Source: Callorhinchus milii
Lineage: Eukaryota
DNA length: 64,000 bases
Assembly: GCF_018977255.1 (NCBI RefSeq)
Contig: NW_024704743.1
Coordinates: forward strand, 35,900,001 to 35,964,000
Direction of reading: 5' to 3'
Below are positions 35,201 to 50,200 of this stretch, in pieces. Below the pieces are notes generated by a model. That model saw only the letters and a list, made by a program, of their open reading frames with translations, was not told the origin of the DNA and did no database searches. How positions within the stretch are numbered: position 1 is the stretch's first letter; each line of letters starts with the position of its first letter. A program made the translations under genes and the position numbers.

Positions 35201-38200
35201 TACAGTCATTAATTTTACAGCAAAGCACTGCAAAGCACTTTGAAATGTTTTGACGTAATATGGCGCTATGTCAAATATAATATTTTTATGAATACCTAAA
35301 TTTATATACCCTGCACTGAACGCACTTCTAAATATTCATAGTTTGCAGTTCTTCGTTATTATTCAATCAGTAAAGCGCTCTGGGACGCTACTCTGCTTGA
35401 AGGGCGCTATATCAATGCAAGTTGTTTTGTATATTTCCAATGAAGATGACAAGGAAAATATACTTAATGTAAAACTCACTGATCCAGTTTGACTTGACTA
35501 CATTCTTTAGTAATAGGAATACATTCTTTAGTAAGCAGTGGTTGCAATTAGGCTTGGGAATGTCCTGCAGCAGTAATAGAAATCTCAGACAGTCTCAAAG
35601 GGAATTGGGCTAACGCAACCATTGCTTAGCCTTGTAAGGACAGGGTCAACATGATTATTAACGCTTCAATGAAAATGTTGGGTGGTGCCTAGCAATCTGT
35701 TGCCTGAATGAATAGGTGCTTGTCATGCAAAGTTCCCATTCACACTAAAATCTAGTGTATATTTTTTTAGAAGCAAGAGTGCAGGAGAAGTCATTGAGCA
35801 TGCTGATGCTTAAACCCAGAAAACCAAGAAAGATTGTTTAGATAAAAGTTACTTTGTCAGTTCTGCATTTTGTGGAAAACTGTATGAAATACGCACCACA
35901 TTCTTTCCGATCCCACCCCCGGATGCTGAGTGCCAGATTGACTTCCTTTTGTGAGTTTAGGTCATCAAGTTTGGCTTCTTTATAACACCAGTGTTTTGGG
36001 GGTGTATGGAACAAGCACTATTCATTTGTTATCTAACTTTGCTTTCCTCAGGCTGATAGCCTGATTCTGATCAGGAACTCATGAAGACCACAATGTCAAG
36101 GTGATTATGGATACTTGACTGGGAGTGCTGGGATTAGGTGCTTCATTTAGGAAGCTGCAGTTCATGGCAAAAAAATTTTTTTTAAGAGCGTTGGAGATAA
36201 ACCTCTGTGGCTCAGTATCTTCCCCAATCCACAATATCTCCGACCTCCACAAATGAGTTTAAAACTTTATAATGATTTCCTGAAATTCTGTTGGCAGGTC
36301 AATAAAATACAGCCCAGAAAGCACTTATGCCACCCAGGTGAATGATGGATATGAGAAAGTAAGCTGGATCATCCTATTCTGTGTAATTAACATTATTAAA
36401 CATAATTTCACAATGAATTTACTTGTAGGCAATCTTTACAGGTTGTGTTGCACATCCAGCAGAGACTCAGGAAGAAATGGATCCCTGTTTAATAATAATA
36501 TAATAATACTTGCATTTTATATAGCACCTTACCACGTCTTTGAGATGTCTCAAAACGTTTCACAGAATATACTGTAAAGTGAATTGAACATTTATTTTAT
36601 GGGCGAAACGCGGCGGCAATTGTACACAGCAAATGGTCATGGATTCAGTGACCAAATACCCTGGAAAAGCGATCCGCCAATTGACTAACATCCGGGTTCC
36701 TACTTACTGCTTGGTAAACAGAGGCACATGGAGTAAGGAAACTTGCCCAATGTTTCACCCTCTCGGGTGAACCCTAGTCCACTCGCTTGCAAGGCAAGTG
36801 AGCTTGGGACATCTTCCCGACGTGAAAGGAGTTCTACAAATGTAATCTTGTTGTTGTCTAATCACTAAGCTACAGAACTCCAAATGTCGCAAACTGTTGG
36901 CAAAAACAAGATAATTTCTATTCAGTTTCAAAAGGTTCCAGTTCTATATTTGGACCATTTTAATATACAAATTCATGTTTCCCTTAATCTTTAACAGCTC
37001 AGATTGACTCATCAGTCTGATATCCAGTTACACCCATTGCGTAGCTGAGGGTGGATGGAAAAAATGATAGGTTGGCTTCTAAGGTTGCAAAGACTAATTT
37101 TTTGCCAAGTTGTTTGCACATGCATTGTGAGGCTGGAACAGTGCTGTTAAATACAGTATCAATGCTACACACCAGGATAGCTTTATCGTTCTAATATCAG
37201 CCACAAAAATATAGTAAACTCCTGATAACTTGTTCCTGGCTGAACTTGTCACTACCACTGTCATGCTGTCAATATCCCGGCTGCATTTACTTATGTATTT
37301 GTACATGTGCCAAACCTGATAACTCCTGATTACTGAGCCCTTTTCCCTTGGAGTGATGAGTTATATTGTACACTGTATATACAATTTAGCTAAGCAACAA
37401 TAAAATACACTAAAGTAAAAATAAGCATTTTAAAACCTTATCTGAGCTTGTCCTATCATGGCCTTTCCACCCCTATTTTTCCCACTATCTATTTTTGTTA
37501 AGATTTTAATTTTATTTTACTACTATTTTCACCTTTTTTCATCTGTAATTTGAATGAAGTTTCTATACCATGCTCCAAGTTTCCCTTCAACTCCACAGTC
37601 ACTACACTTTACAGTATGTACTGTGAAGTGCTTTGCGTTTTCCTCCTGATGTGAAAGATGCTGTACCAAATTTAAGAATTGTAGGATTATTTTTTAAGTG
37701 TTTCTGATTTGCTCCTTTTCCTGAATGCTTTGAATCACACTGGGGTATTGCTCTGATTGCTCTGCACCTGCACCCTCGCTCGCATCAAACTCTGCACAAC
37801 CATCATCTAATCCTCGCCAGGCGTCATGGTCTCCCTGTCTGTCAGCGGATTGATTTCAAGGCCCTCGCCTTTATTTATTAATCCCTTCACTCCTTAGCAT
37901 CTCCAAGTCTCTGTGATCTTTTGTTACCCCATTCCTCTGCTCACCCCCACCACAACATGGCTTGCTGTGCATCTCTCACCCTCTCCGCATCACCATCGAG
38001 CCTTAAGTAACTATGCCTTCACCTCTAGAACTCTTTCCCTCTACTCCATCTCACTAGCATAGTATGGGGTATGGAAGACACAGGGTAATTATATGTTACC
38101 TGTGGGATAGGGTAACTGTTGGGGCGAAATTTCACCAGGATCTAGATTTACTTTATTAACATAGCAATTCAGAGTTTGCAGAATTTGCAAATTCTTAAAT

Positions 38201-41200
38201 GCATCCTTAAAGTTTAAGTTGTTTTTCTATAAATTCTTTCAAGAACTTCACAAAGCCTACTTCAAAATTAAGGCTGCATTTAAAAAAATTGCCAAAAATT
38301 GCACAATCTGAATTGCTAGATAAATAGAGTAAATCTAGACCCAATTGGAATTTCTCCCTGTATGTGTTCCGGATCTCAGTGTTTATCTACCGCTGCCCAT
38401 TCATTTATATGATTGGCATTTAGTTTTATTTTCCTTCTTGAAAACTCTCACTTTTAATTCCTGACTTTGTTCCAGAAGCGTGGGAAGGGTAATAATTTGG
38501 AATTGGGTTATATGTCAGGGATATATATCACTTCTTTCTTTCACAAGTAATGCTTATCGAATACTCATTTGTATCAAATGCTTATTTGTATCAAATGCTT
38601 ATGGGATACCCACCAAATATCTTTTGATCAATGCATTGTGTGAAATAGCCTGAACTTTTGGGAAAAATATTTTGTATCAAACCTTATCTAATGAATAACA
38701 TACAGTGGGTCAGTTTACAAGAGGTTTCACCTCAACTTGCCTCAGGATAAACACACTCCGTGAGCTGAAGCACAACTTGAATATGGTGTAAATATTAAAT
38801 GTTGACAAGAGCTGGAGGGAGTGATATTAAAAGTGTAAATGTAGGCCAACAGACTGCAACAATATCTGCTACAGTTTGCTGCAGTTTCAATTGGCAGCAG
38901 TGTGTACCCAGGTGGGGGTGGGGGGAATATTAAGATGCAGTGATTGGAGTTAGTAGGGCAGCCTAAGATATTTTGTTTTGAGAAAGGCTTGGACTTTTGT
39001 AAGACAAAGTGGAATGCAGACTGAAGCAGTCAAGATCAAATCTGCAGCTCGCCAGAGAACATTGGACTGTTTGGTTAAGTGCGAATGCACAGGACATATT
39101 GATATAATAGCAATAGTAACATGATAACAAATAATGTGCATAGTTTGTAAAGATGTCTTTTTAAAGCATCAATCCCTCCCCCGCCTTGCCTGTTTTTAGA
39201 TTACACCTGAAGACCTTCCTCTTCGACTGTGCCTACAGTCACCTCTCCCCAGCTTCACATCAAGCTATATCGCTGTTACGTTTTCTAAGACACTTCCCTG
39301 TCTAAATACAAGTTGTTGTTGTAGTATTTTGAGACATTCTCTTACAAGAAAGCTGCTTACAATATATCCGCCTCCCTTCCCTTTTTCAGATCACACTGAA
39401 GACCTTCCGTTTCACCCACAAAATATAGTCAATTCACTTTACAGTATATTCTGTGAAGTGCTTTCAGACGTCTTGAAGATGTGATAAGGCGCTATATCAA
39501 ATGCAAGGATTATAATTATTATTATTTTCGACCGTGCTTACGGTCACGATCTCCCCCCCCCCCCGGAGATCACCACTGTTACGCGGTCCGACACGCTGCC
39601 CTGCGTGAAGTGCCCCAGATAGATGCTCTTGTTATTGTAAAAGTTATTGTTGCAAAGAGCAGTTTACAGGAATTATGTAGAGGCGTGCAGGCAGTCTACT
39701 GCTAATGTTAGTAGACATTAAATGAAGCATACAGCCCCACAAGGATAAATTCTTTAACAAGCATTCGCAAACTTCAGCTCAGAAGACAAACAGTAAGCAG
39801 ACTTGAATCCTGTGGCTTCAGCAATTTGAGCCTGAGCATAAACAGGAATCTATAGAAAGAGCAGCAGACTTTTTCTTGCAATATATAGAGTACACAAACA
39901 GTTTTTCTGCTAGCTGGAAGACACCTAATTATATGTCTGCAGATTTCTGAACATGGTTTTATATTGCAAGTACTGTAGGTACAATTCAGGGATGCAGTTA
40001 AAAAAATACTTTTTTATATATTGGCAAACTCTTATACTGTATAGGTTCTTGTAAATAAATCGTGGTCATTAATGGCTGAACTCATAAGTAGTCTTAGAAA
40101 TTCGCCTTCACCAATTAGGGTTCTGTTATTTTTGATGCCCTATGTTGTATTTGTAAATAAAGCGTTAAAAGAAGAGTCCATCTCTGGATTGTCTGCTCCA
40201 TAATTTCTGCCCATAAAGCAGAGGTGATCCTGCAGCTTGGCTTGAGATCTCATCCATGCACTCAAGGGAAATAGGCTGTGCAGGGAATATAGATGAATAT
40301 ACTGTAATTGCAGGATGGCTAATATTTCTGTAAAGTTAAATGTTAAATGCTTATATTAATAAATACTTAGATATATGGTACTACTGTCTCATATAAACTG
40401 ATATTATTGCATCTTCAGGTCCAAAATCAAGTGGCAACTGCAAAGAAATGTATCAACTTTCTTTGGTAGATATGTTTTCTTGCCGGAGAGATGCATTGAG
40501 TTGCTGTTGATGTTTGTTATTCTGCATCCTTCGCTATTTGTGTGCTCAGCATTTTGTGGCATTTCGTAACCAAGTTGCTAATTTTAAAAAAATCTAGTCA
40601 TCAACAAATTGCATTTATATAGCTCCTTCATATAGGGTAACATCTGGAGCACTTTACAAAGACAGGGATGGACTCTGACCAAGGGAGAAGGGGAGGGTGA
40701 GTAGGTTTTTAGGTATGATTTAAAGACAGAGAGTAAGGCTGTAGAGGGAGGGAGTTCCAGATGTTTAGGGGCGTAGTTGCTGTAAAGGCTTAGCCACCAC
40801 CACTGTTAAGTGTGAAGTTTTTCTTAAAAAAACTTCTTGTATATTTGCAAAAAGTCCTGTAGCTCAGTGGTTAGAGCACTCGCTTTGCAAGTGAGAGACC
40901 TGAGTTCAATTCCAGGCAGGGCGAAACCTTGGGCAAGTTTCCTTACTCCACACAGAGCCTAATAATAATCCTTCCAAAACCAAAAACAATAATAAATTGG
41001 TCATTTTCAATCTATGACTGTTTGTGGGACATTGCTGTACGCAATTGGCTGCCGCGTTCGCCCACAAATATAGTCAATTCACTTTTAGAGTGTGTTCTGT
41101 GAAGCGCTTTGGGACGTCCTCCCGACGTGAAAAGCACTACATCAAATGCAAGGATTATTATTATTATTAAAAGCACCAATCGTGGTGCGGAGGGGTTTGG

Positions 41201-44200
41201 GGTGGGCAGTAGATCCATGTTAGCCGAGAAGAGAGGAGATTAGAAGAGTAGGGTAGGAAAAGATGACCGAGATGGGGAGGTACAAGGGTGTGGAAGGTTT
41301 TATAGGTGATAGTGAAGATTTTGAAGTCTATCCCTTGAGAGAAAATGGAGCTTTGTGAGGACTGAGGTGATGGTTGTGCAGGTGAGGATGTGGGCAGCAG
41401 AGTTTTGTATCAGTTTTAGCTGGAGCTTTTGGATAGTGGAATTAGGCAATGTGTTTGAAAAGTCGAGTCGGGAGGTAACAAATGTGTGAATGAGGGTTTT
41501 GATGGTATTTGATAGTAATAACAGAGGCAGGCAATGTGGCAAAAAGTGAAGAGATCCTCCTTGGATTTCTTCATTAAGAAATTAATTTATACATTGACAC
41601 TTAAGCATAGAAGATCCATTGAGTCTGCAACACAGCTTCCTGCATTTCTAAGTAACCTTCTTACTGATCCCAACTTCTGCATTATGAAACGTCATAATAT
41701 GTTAGATGCCAGTTTAGCTTAGCTGCCTCTTTGCTGTAAATTTGTGGGTTCAAGTCGCAAATTGGGTCTTTGAACTTATTGTCTAGTCTGACGCTCCAGT
41801 GAGGTGCTGGGAGAGTTCTGCACTTTGAAGGTGCCATCCTTTGGATGAGGTGTTAAACTGAGGAGGTCCCGTCTGCCTGGATATTAAACATTCCATGACA
41901 CTATTCAAAAAGACAAGGGAGTTTCCCCCAATGTCGTGTCTAACAATCCCCCCCCCACCCCCCCCCGACCAATAGAAAAAATTGGTGATCTATTTTCTGC
42001 TGTTTGAACACAAATTGGCTGCCATGTTTGCCTACAAAATACAATGACTACTCTTTGAAGCGCTTTACAACTGTGTACACTATAACTTAGAATCCATTCC
42101 ACTGTATACCCTATTCCCGATTTGCAAGGAAACGTAGAACAAAATGTAATATTTGTATATGTTCTTGGTGCATTTGGGCACAAAGTTGGAAAAATTCCAC
42201 CCGAGTTCAGATTTATTCTGGTGGATGAACTGTTCTGGGTGAATCGATCAGCCACGTTCTTGTCTGGCTTCACTGGATCCCCATCCCTCAGAGATTTGAG
42301 TTCAAAACCCTTGTTCTCACCGTCAAAGCCCTCCAAAGTCTTGCTCCCCCCAACCTCTGCAACCTCCTTACTCCCTCCGCTCGACGGACACCGGCTTGCT
42401 CCAGGTCCCCCGCACTTCCTGCCCCACATTGGTGGTCGGACATTATGCATCTTTGGCCCACACTCTAGAACTGTATTCCACAATCTCTCCGTCTCACCCC
42501 CCCCCCCCCCTCTTGCCTCCTGCAAGTCCCATCTAAAGACCTTCCTCTTCAACAGTGCCTTCGGCCACCATTCCCACCCCCCTCCATACCCCTGCCCTCC
42601 ACCCTCCCTCTGCCCTCCACCCCTCCTGACTCCAATTCCTAGCTCGAGTCCAAAAGCCCATGATTGTCCAGGGCTCTGGGATGTCTTTCCGATGTGAAGG
42701 GTTCTATACATGTATAATTTGTTGTTGTTCTTCTGAAAGACGCTATACAAATGTTATTTTGTATTTGTATTAAATTTATGTAGAATTTCAGAGTTTGCAG
42801 AATTTGACAGATTGTTGAATTCAGTCCCAACTGTAAGAATGAAAAATTCTTAACAGAACTTACAGAAAATGACAGTTTCTAGACACTCTGGCATGCCAAG
42901 AAAATAGAGTAAATCTGGAGCCAGATAGAATTTTCTCCCGAAAGCTTACAGCAGATTTCACAAATACTGCTTTCTCGCAGGGTCTATAGCAGTAATAATA
43001 TCAATGGATGAAATATACAGGGCGACCAAAAAGTCGAGATATACCCTATTATCTTTAAAAAATATATTTAAGACCCGTTAGACATTCTAATAGTGTCACA
43101 ACTTTTTGGTTACCCTGTGTAATCCAAGTCAGTTAACTCCCTAAAAATTCCATTGCATTCTCAAGGACATGTTTGCCTGGAACTATGTCATATATCAGTG
43201 AGTTCAAAAACTGAACACAGCAATGTTGTGTGAAAGTAGCTGCAGAAAGATTTCATCAATTTGTTGAAATATTTCACTGATGTACTGAAGTCCTATCTGG
43301 CTTTTGACTACAAAGGAAAGTTTTTTTTATTTTATAAAAAAGTTTATTTTTACAACCCGTTTGTGAGATACCGTATCTTGTAATGAAACTCGGCGTGTCT
43401 GTGTTTGTTCTACTAACGGTCCATTGGCAGATTTGGCTTCACCATAACAAAATCTACCGCTGCGCTCTTGCCTCTGCCAAATCCTCCTACTCCAAGATTA
43501 TCTTGGAGGCAAGGAACAACCCCCGGCTTCTCTTCTCCATCACTAACCGTCTCCTCTGTTCACCTTCCCATAACTTGCCCATCCTCTCCTCAAACTCCAA
43601 CTGCGAGGAGATGCTGGACTTCCTCAAATCTAAAATCGAGGGGATACGTACAGCCACCTCAGCCCCGTCCACAGCCACCCCCACATCACCTCTCCCTCAT
43701 GACCCATACCCCACCCATCCCCTCCTATACTCCTTCGACCCTATCTCTCCCTCCTCCCTCATCACGACTGTCCGCAAACTCAAACCCAACAACCTGCTCC
43801 CTCGATCCCATCCCTACCTCTCTCCTCATCTCCCAGCTCCACCTTCTGGCCCCCCTCCTGTCCGATGTCATTAAACTCTCCTTGTCCACCGGTTCAGTTC
43901 CCATCCCCCTAAAAACAGCCGTCATCACCTCCATCCTGAAAAAACCTTCCCTGGATCCATCCCTCCTCTCCAGCTACCGCCCCATCTCTAACCTCCCATT
44001 CCTCTCCCAAGGTCCTGGAACGAGTCATTGTGTCCCAGCTCCGCTCCTTTCTATCCCGCCATTCCCTCTTTGAACCCCTCCAATCCGGCTTCTGCGCTGC
44101 CCACAGCACAGAAACAGCCCTGGTCAGAGTCACGAATGACATTCTGAACATCTGTGATCAGGGCTCCCTCTGCCTCCTTGTCCTCCTCGACCTCTCTGCC

Positions 44201-47200
44201 GCCTTCGACATTGTTGACGACTCCATCCTCGTACACCGCCTCTCAGCTTTACTCAATCTTCATGCATCTGCCCTTGCCTGGCTTTATTCCTATCTCTCTC
44301 ACCGTCTCCACTTTGTTGCCTCTAACGGTTTCTCCTCCAGGCCCTGCACTGTCACATCTGGCATCCCCCAGGGCTCTGTCCTTGGCCCTCTCCTCTTTAA
44401 TATCTACATGCTCCCCCTTGGTGACATCATCCGCAGACATGGGGTCAACTTCCATATGTATGCGGATGACACCCAATTCTATCTTTCTGCCTCCACCCTC
44501 AACTCCAGGACCACTGCTGTCCTGACAGACCTCCTGTCGAACATCAAGTCCTGGATGAGGGCAAATTTCCTACAGCTGAATGTGAACAAAATGAGCCTCA
44601 GGCTCTGGCAGCATCAACCTCCGCGGTTGCACACTTCAACTCACCAGCCAGTCAGGAACCTCGGTGTCTTGTTCAACCCTCAACTGTCTTTTCTCCCCCA
44701 CATTCAAGCCATGACCTGCTCTGCCTTCCCTCACCTCCGTAACATCGCCCGACTCCGCCACTACCTCACCACTCAGGCCACTGAACCTCTTGTTCATGCC
44801 TTCATCACCTCCAGGCTTGACTATGCAAATGCCCTGCTTGTCGGCCTTCCCAACTCCTCCCTCCACAGGCTGCAGATAATCCAGAACTCTGCAGCCCGTG
44901 TCCTTTCCCGCACCAAACTCCATGACCCCATCTCCCCCACTCTCGCCCGACTCCACTTGTTCCCTATCCTTCAGAGGATCCAGTTCAAGATCTGATCCTC
45001 ACCTACAAAGCCCTCCATGGCTCGCCCCACCCTACCTCTGCGACCTCGTAACCCCTTACCAACCCGCCCGTTCCCTCTGCTCAGCCGGCTCTGGCCTGCT
45101 CCACGTCCCCTGACCCACCTGCCCCATCATTGGCGGGAGAGCCTTCAGCCACTCTGCCCCCAACCTCTGGAAGTCCATCCCCCAGTCACTCTGCCTCACC
45201 CCCTCCTTAGCCTCCTTCAAGTCCCGCCTCAAGACCCTCCTCTTCGACTATGCCATCGGCCACCCCCATTTCCCCTCCCCTCCTTTCCCTTCCCGACTCT
45301 GTCCAGCGCCTTGGGATGTCCTCCCGATGTGAAAGGCACTATCCAAATGTAATCTTGTTGTTGTTTTTGGATTCTGAGAGCAGGCATTGGAAGCTTGTGG
45401 TTTCAAGCCGCAAATTGTGGCTTTGAACTCATTGTCTAGTCTGAAACTCTTGTGCGGTGCTGCAGAGTCAAGACTTGACTAACACTAGGTGTTTGCAACA
45501 GATGTAATGTTAGGCAGGCAATAAATCAAACACTTAGTTAATTGCCAATTAGCTGGTTGTTCCTTGAGAAATTAAGAATGTTAAAGTCCTTAAAATGAAC
45601 TCATGCAATGTCCACAGTCGCTTTGCGCGTATCTTTACTCTTCATATTAGACCCCAAAGATTCATAGCTGTTAACAAGTAAAATAACACCTCAACAGATC
45701 TTGATGTAACTTCACAGCAACATCAGTTGTGTGTTAAAAGTTTCGCCCACAAATATACAGTCAATTCACTTTACAGTGTGTTCTGTGAAGCGCTTTGGGA
45801 CATCCTCCCAACGTGAAGAGCGCTATATCAAATGCAAGGATTATTATTATTATTATATCAAATGCAAGGATTATTATTATTAAGACCGTTCATTGGATGA
45901 TATACCAAATCGCATATCTATGTGCTTAATGTATATAAACTTAATTTAAAAAAAAACTTTTTATTTTCACCCACCTAAAAGTTTCTTATAATTATCTAGG
46001 AGAAGCGGTATTCTTTTTGCCTTTTTAAAATATAGAATTGAAGTACATTGCAAACAAAGAAAATCAGCTCGCTGAATAATTCTATTTCATACATTGACAA
46101 AGCTGTGTCCACTCCATTGCTTTTAAATATGTTGTTTTTCTTCTCTCCCACGTACGTGCGTTTGCAAACAGTATATAAAACCAAGGCAATAGAACTTACC
46201 TGGTGTGTTTCTCTCTTTCTCTCTCTCTCTTACTTTTCTCAAGTGTTGAATTTGAGCTTAAAAGTACGTCTAATAAACCTCAAGCAGTCGTGGTAAAGCA
46301 GTTGTGATCATTCTGGTGGGTGTGTCATTCTGCAGTTCAACCTCTTTTTTTAATACGGAATCCAAAGGGATGTGTTGCTGGGTGGGAAAGCTCCGAACAC
46401 AAAACGCCCACTGCTGTTTGCTTTAGCAAACGATGATGTAATTTTCACATGCTATCTCAGGAGCATGTTCTGCAGGTGTGTCTTACCTCTTTCTCCCTTC
46501 GTTCTTTACCTTGATGATAATTCTTCCCACATCCCTTGCTGCAATTGAACATGCTGATCAAAAAAGGGGCATTTTCTTTCTTTTTTTCCCCACAGCGTTT
46601 TATCCGTAATTATGCTGTTTGTTCCGTGACTGCAGAATCCAATTTCAAACCTTCGGCGTCTTGAACTTTCCAGGCAGTTCCGCAGTAGGCTAAGCGAAAT
46701 CTGTTTTATTCCTACCTTCTGACTGGCAAAATCACTCCAATGGAGGGAGCCAGCATTTTTAAGGTTGAAAATAATGAAAGGAATTACACCAGTTCTGTTT
46801 GTGAATTTCCAACGTGGGACCTGAACTTACAATTTCTGATTTGGAGGTGAGAGTGCAACCAACTGAGCCGGAGAGACACACAACAGTCTCCCTGCACGGA
46901 ATCACATGGAATTCTGCATCACCTCCCTTTAAGGTTAGGTACTCAGAGGAGTGGGGGGAGACGTTAAATCTGTGCCCCATTAGTGCAGAACTCTGATATA
47001 GCAACACCCAAAAAGGATTTTTCAGCTGCTAGTCATCTTGCTCTTGCAGGAATTCTGTTTTGAATTTACGATTTCCTAAACCTTGACCTCATTCTGCAAA
47101 TGTCCAAATGACTGGAATTCTTCCGCTGCCAGCAAAGGCAAGTCACCAAATTTACAGCGAGTGACAGACACGGAAAGAAGGAAATGATAAGACTGAGCCT

Positions 47201-50200
47201 TGACTTGAACCTTTGTTGTGATTTCACAGGATGGAAAAAAAACTCTTGACGAGCAGATATAGGGTCATGATGCGGTTAAAAAAGCACTCAGCAGCAAAAC
47301 AGTAGCATGAGTGGTAAGAGGCAATACAAACCTTGAGACATAAAAGCATCTTACGCATAAGCAAAGGTTTCGCACACTGGTATAATGTATGAGGGAATTT
47401 CCTGTACATCACATCAACTTACAAGAACTTTGCTCCAATACAAGATGGTTTGTTTGACTTTAACTTCAATAAAATCTTCCTCATCTTGTAGGATTTTCTA
47501 AGAATTATGTACTATTGAATGAACAACAATAACAAATTACATTTATATAGTGGCCTTCAAACAGGGTAGCATCTCGGAGCGCTTAACAGTAGTGGAGCTT
47601 GACAGTGAATCGGTGAGAGAGGGACGGTAACCACAGTCAAAGAGGAAGGTCTTCAGATGCGATGCAAATCTGAAGACGGGCAAGGAGGGGGCAAGGCAGA
47701 GGGATTGAGACAGAGAGTTCCAGAGTTTTGGGGTTTAGTGGTTGAAAGCCGATGGTGGGAGTGGAGAAGGTGAGGGACATGTAGACGGCCTGAGCCAGCT
47801 GAGTGAAGTGGGTGGGTAGTGGAGTGAAGTGGAGTGTAAGCAGATCGGAGAGGTGCCAGGGTGTGAATTGATTTGTAAGTATGAGGAAGTGTTTTGAAGT
47901 CGATCCACTCTGCAATAGGGAACCGGGAGCCAGTAAAGAGTGGCAAGGACTGGGGTGATGGGGGGGGGGGGGTCAGGGAAGTGGGGGTGGAGTCTGGTTT
48001 CGGGGAGAATGCATGCAGTAGAGGTTTGAATCAGTTGAATTTTGTGGGTGGTGGAGCTGGGGAGAATATCGAGAAGGGCATTGAAAAAATTGAGGAAGGA
48101 GGTAATAAAGGCGTGAATGAGCTGTTTTAGTATGAGGTAATGTTAGAGCAACGTGGCGGAGGTGGAAGAATGTGATCTTAGTTAGCAACTGGATGTGGAG
48201 TTGGAAGGACAGCTGGGGGTGAACCTAATGCCTAATTTGCGCACAGGTTCAGTGAATCTCAGGGATAGGCCGGGAGGTTCAGGAGGTCCGAGCAGCCGAT
48301 GAGAAGATGTTGACGGGAGCCAAGGAGGATGACTTCTGTCTTATCAACATTCAGCTACAGAAAGTTGGCGCTCATCCAGGTCTTGATGTCTGGCAAGCAA
48401 GAAGATAGAACATTGGTGGACCTGGGGTAACGGCTAGAGGAAGAGCTTCGAACTGCAGACAACAAGTAAAGGTTAATCCAGTTTCCAGCAGTTTGGGAAG
48501 GGATTTTGGCAGAAGTGATCTGGATAAGGACAGAGGAAGTCACAGGTTCAGGGCGAAGGTGAATTTTTGGACAGACACCATAAAGTATTTATTTATACAA
48601 GAGTGATCAACAGCCAGTTACCAGGAAGGACGGTTGAGGACAAGATTCTAGATTAATTTAACAAACAGCTTGAGATTGTATTAAGAATTGGCAGGGTGGG
48701 TATTCTGCAAGGATAGGATTAAATGGGCCAAAGAGCCACTGCTTCATCTGAACTTCTCTTGTGATCTCATCACTACTATTCCCCCCATCACTCCATCAAG
48801 TTGTTTTTTTAAATGAGTCCAGTGTTCTGGCCTGCACCACCTTTCCTGGCAACCTGTTCCAGTCACTGATTACCTTCTGCTTAAAGAAAAACTTACAGGT
48901 CTACACATCTATCCTGAAATTGCCCTTTACAACTTTAAACCTATGTCCTCTTGTTCAACTAGCTTGATGTATCCTAAAGTATTATTCTGGGTTTACTTTT
49001 TCAATCCCATTTAAAATTTTAAAGCCCTCTTTGGGTTTCCAAAGAGTCGTTTTCTCTCAAGACTGAAGAGCCCTAGCTTGTCTAATCGTTGCCTCTTCAA
49101 TCCTCATTCCTCTAACACCGGGGATCATCCTCATTGCTCTGCTCTGCAATGCCTGTAAGGCCTGTGTAGCCTCCTTATGCCACGCTGACCAGACCTGTAG
49201 CAGTAATCGAGGTGAAGTTTGATCAAAACACTGTACAGCCTGAGTATGACATCTGGGGATCACAACTGATTTTTCAATATAACCCAGCATCCTGTTTGTC
49301 CTGTTTATTGCTGCCTCACACATCCTGTGAAGCGCTTTGAGACCTCTTGCCAATGTTATTTATAACACAATCCTATTCTGCAAAGTCAGGATTCATGTGG
49401 TCAACAGAGAGTGAAGAGAGTACTCTGGCATTTCAATGAGGCATCATTGGTTTACTGTTTAGTAGACACGAGCAGTTAGAAGCTATATTTAAATAACCGG
49501 TTTATGACCTTTGATTGAAGCTGATGATAAAGTAGATTTCCAGAAAAAAATAGTTGTAATGACTGTTCAATCTCCTGCTGGGAAGAGAAGGATGCTTATT
49601 ACACAAAGAAGACTGTGCTGTAACCGGAGGCAGGTTGTGGCAGCCATTTGATGTCGAACATCACCACATCTGGCATTCCACACTTCACAGGAAATATCTT
49701 CTTTCTCTGCTCTGGCAAAAGAAACCTAAATCTAACTCATATTGTTTTTAACAAAAATTGCAGTCTGTCACACAGATATCATGCTCACCTTAGGATCTAC
49801 CTTTTAATCATACTTTCATTCACCCCCCACCTACCCCCACCCCATCACTATCGTCCTCAGCTCGAGCTCCCAATCAGTTGGGTGAAGAAGTTGCAACATC
49901 CCCCCAATATAAAAAGTGCTATTGTTGCTGTTGAAACAGTCCTGTTTCTTTTGCCATTTGAAAGCTAGTGGAGAAGAGGATAAATCACCTCCACAATATG
50001 TGTTTTTCCACTTCAGCCCCAACAACCATAACATTAAATAGCGTACTTCATTCAGGGTAGCATCTTAAACAGCATCTTGAAATTCAGTCATAGTTCGAAA
50101 ATCTGGTTTGGTTCATTTAAACCTCGATGAGAACATTGAAGTGACAACAAATAACCAAACCTGTATAAAACTGGGGCCAGATGTTTATATTTCCCCTGTC

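Noticed and set aside
40853..40925. tRNA-Ala(TGC) gene
   Set aside because: No proper acceptor stem; it continues directly into a SINE body and tail, so it is a SINE head.
44030..44995. Active or domesticated reverse transcriptase (321-aa ORF with YADD)
   Set aside because: 5'-truncated L2 copy with frameshifts on both sides, an internal deletion and no endonuclease.
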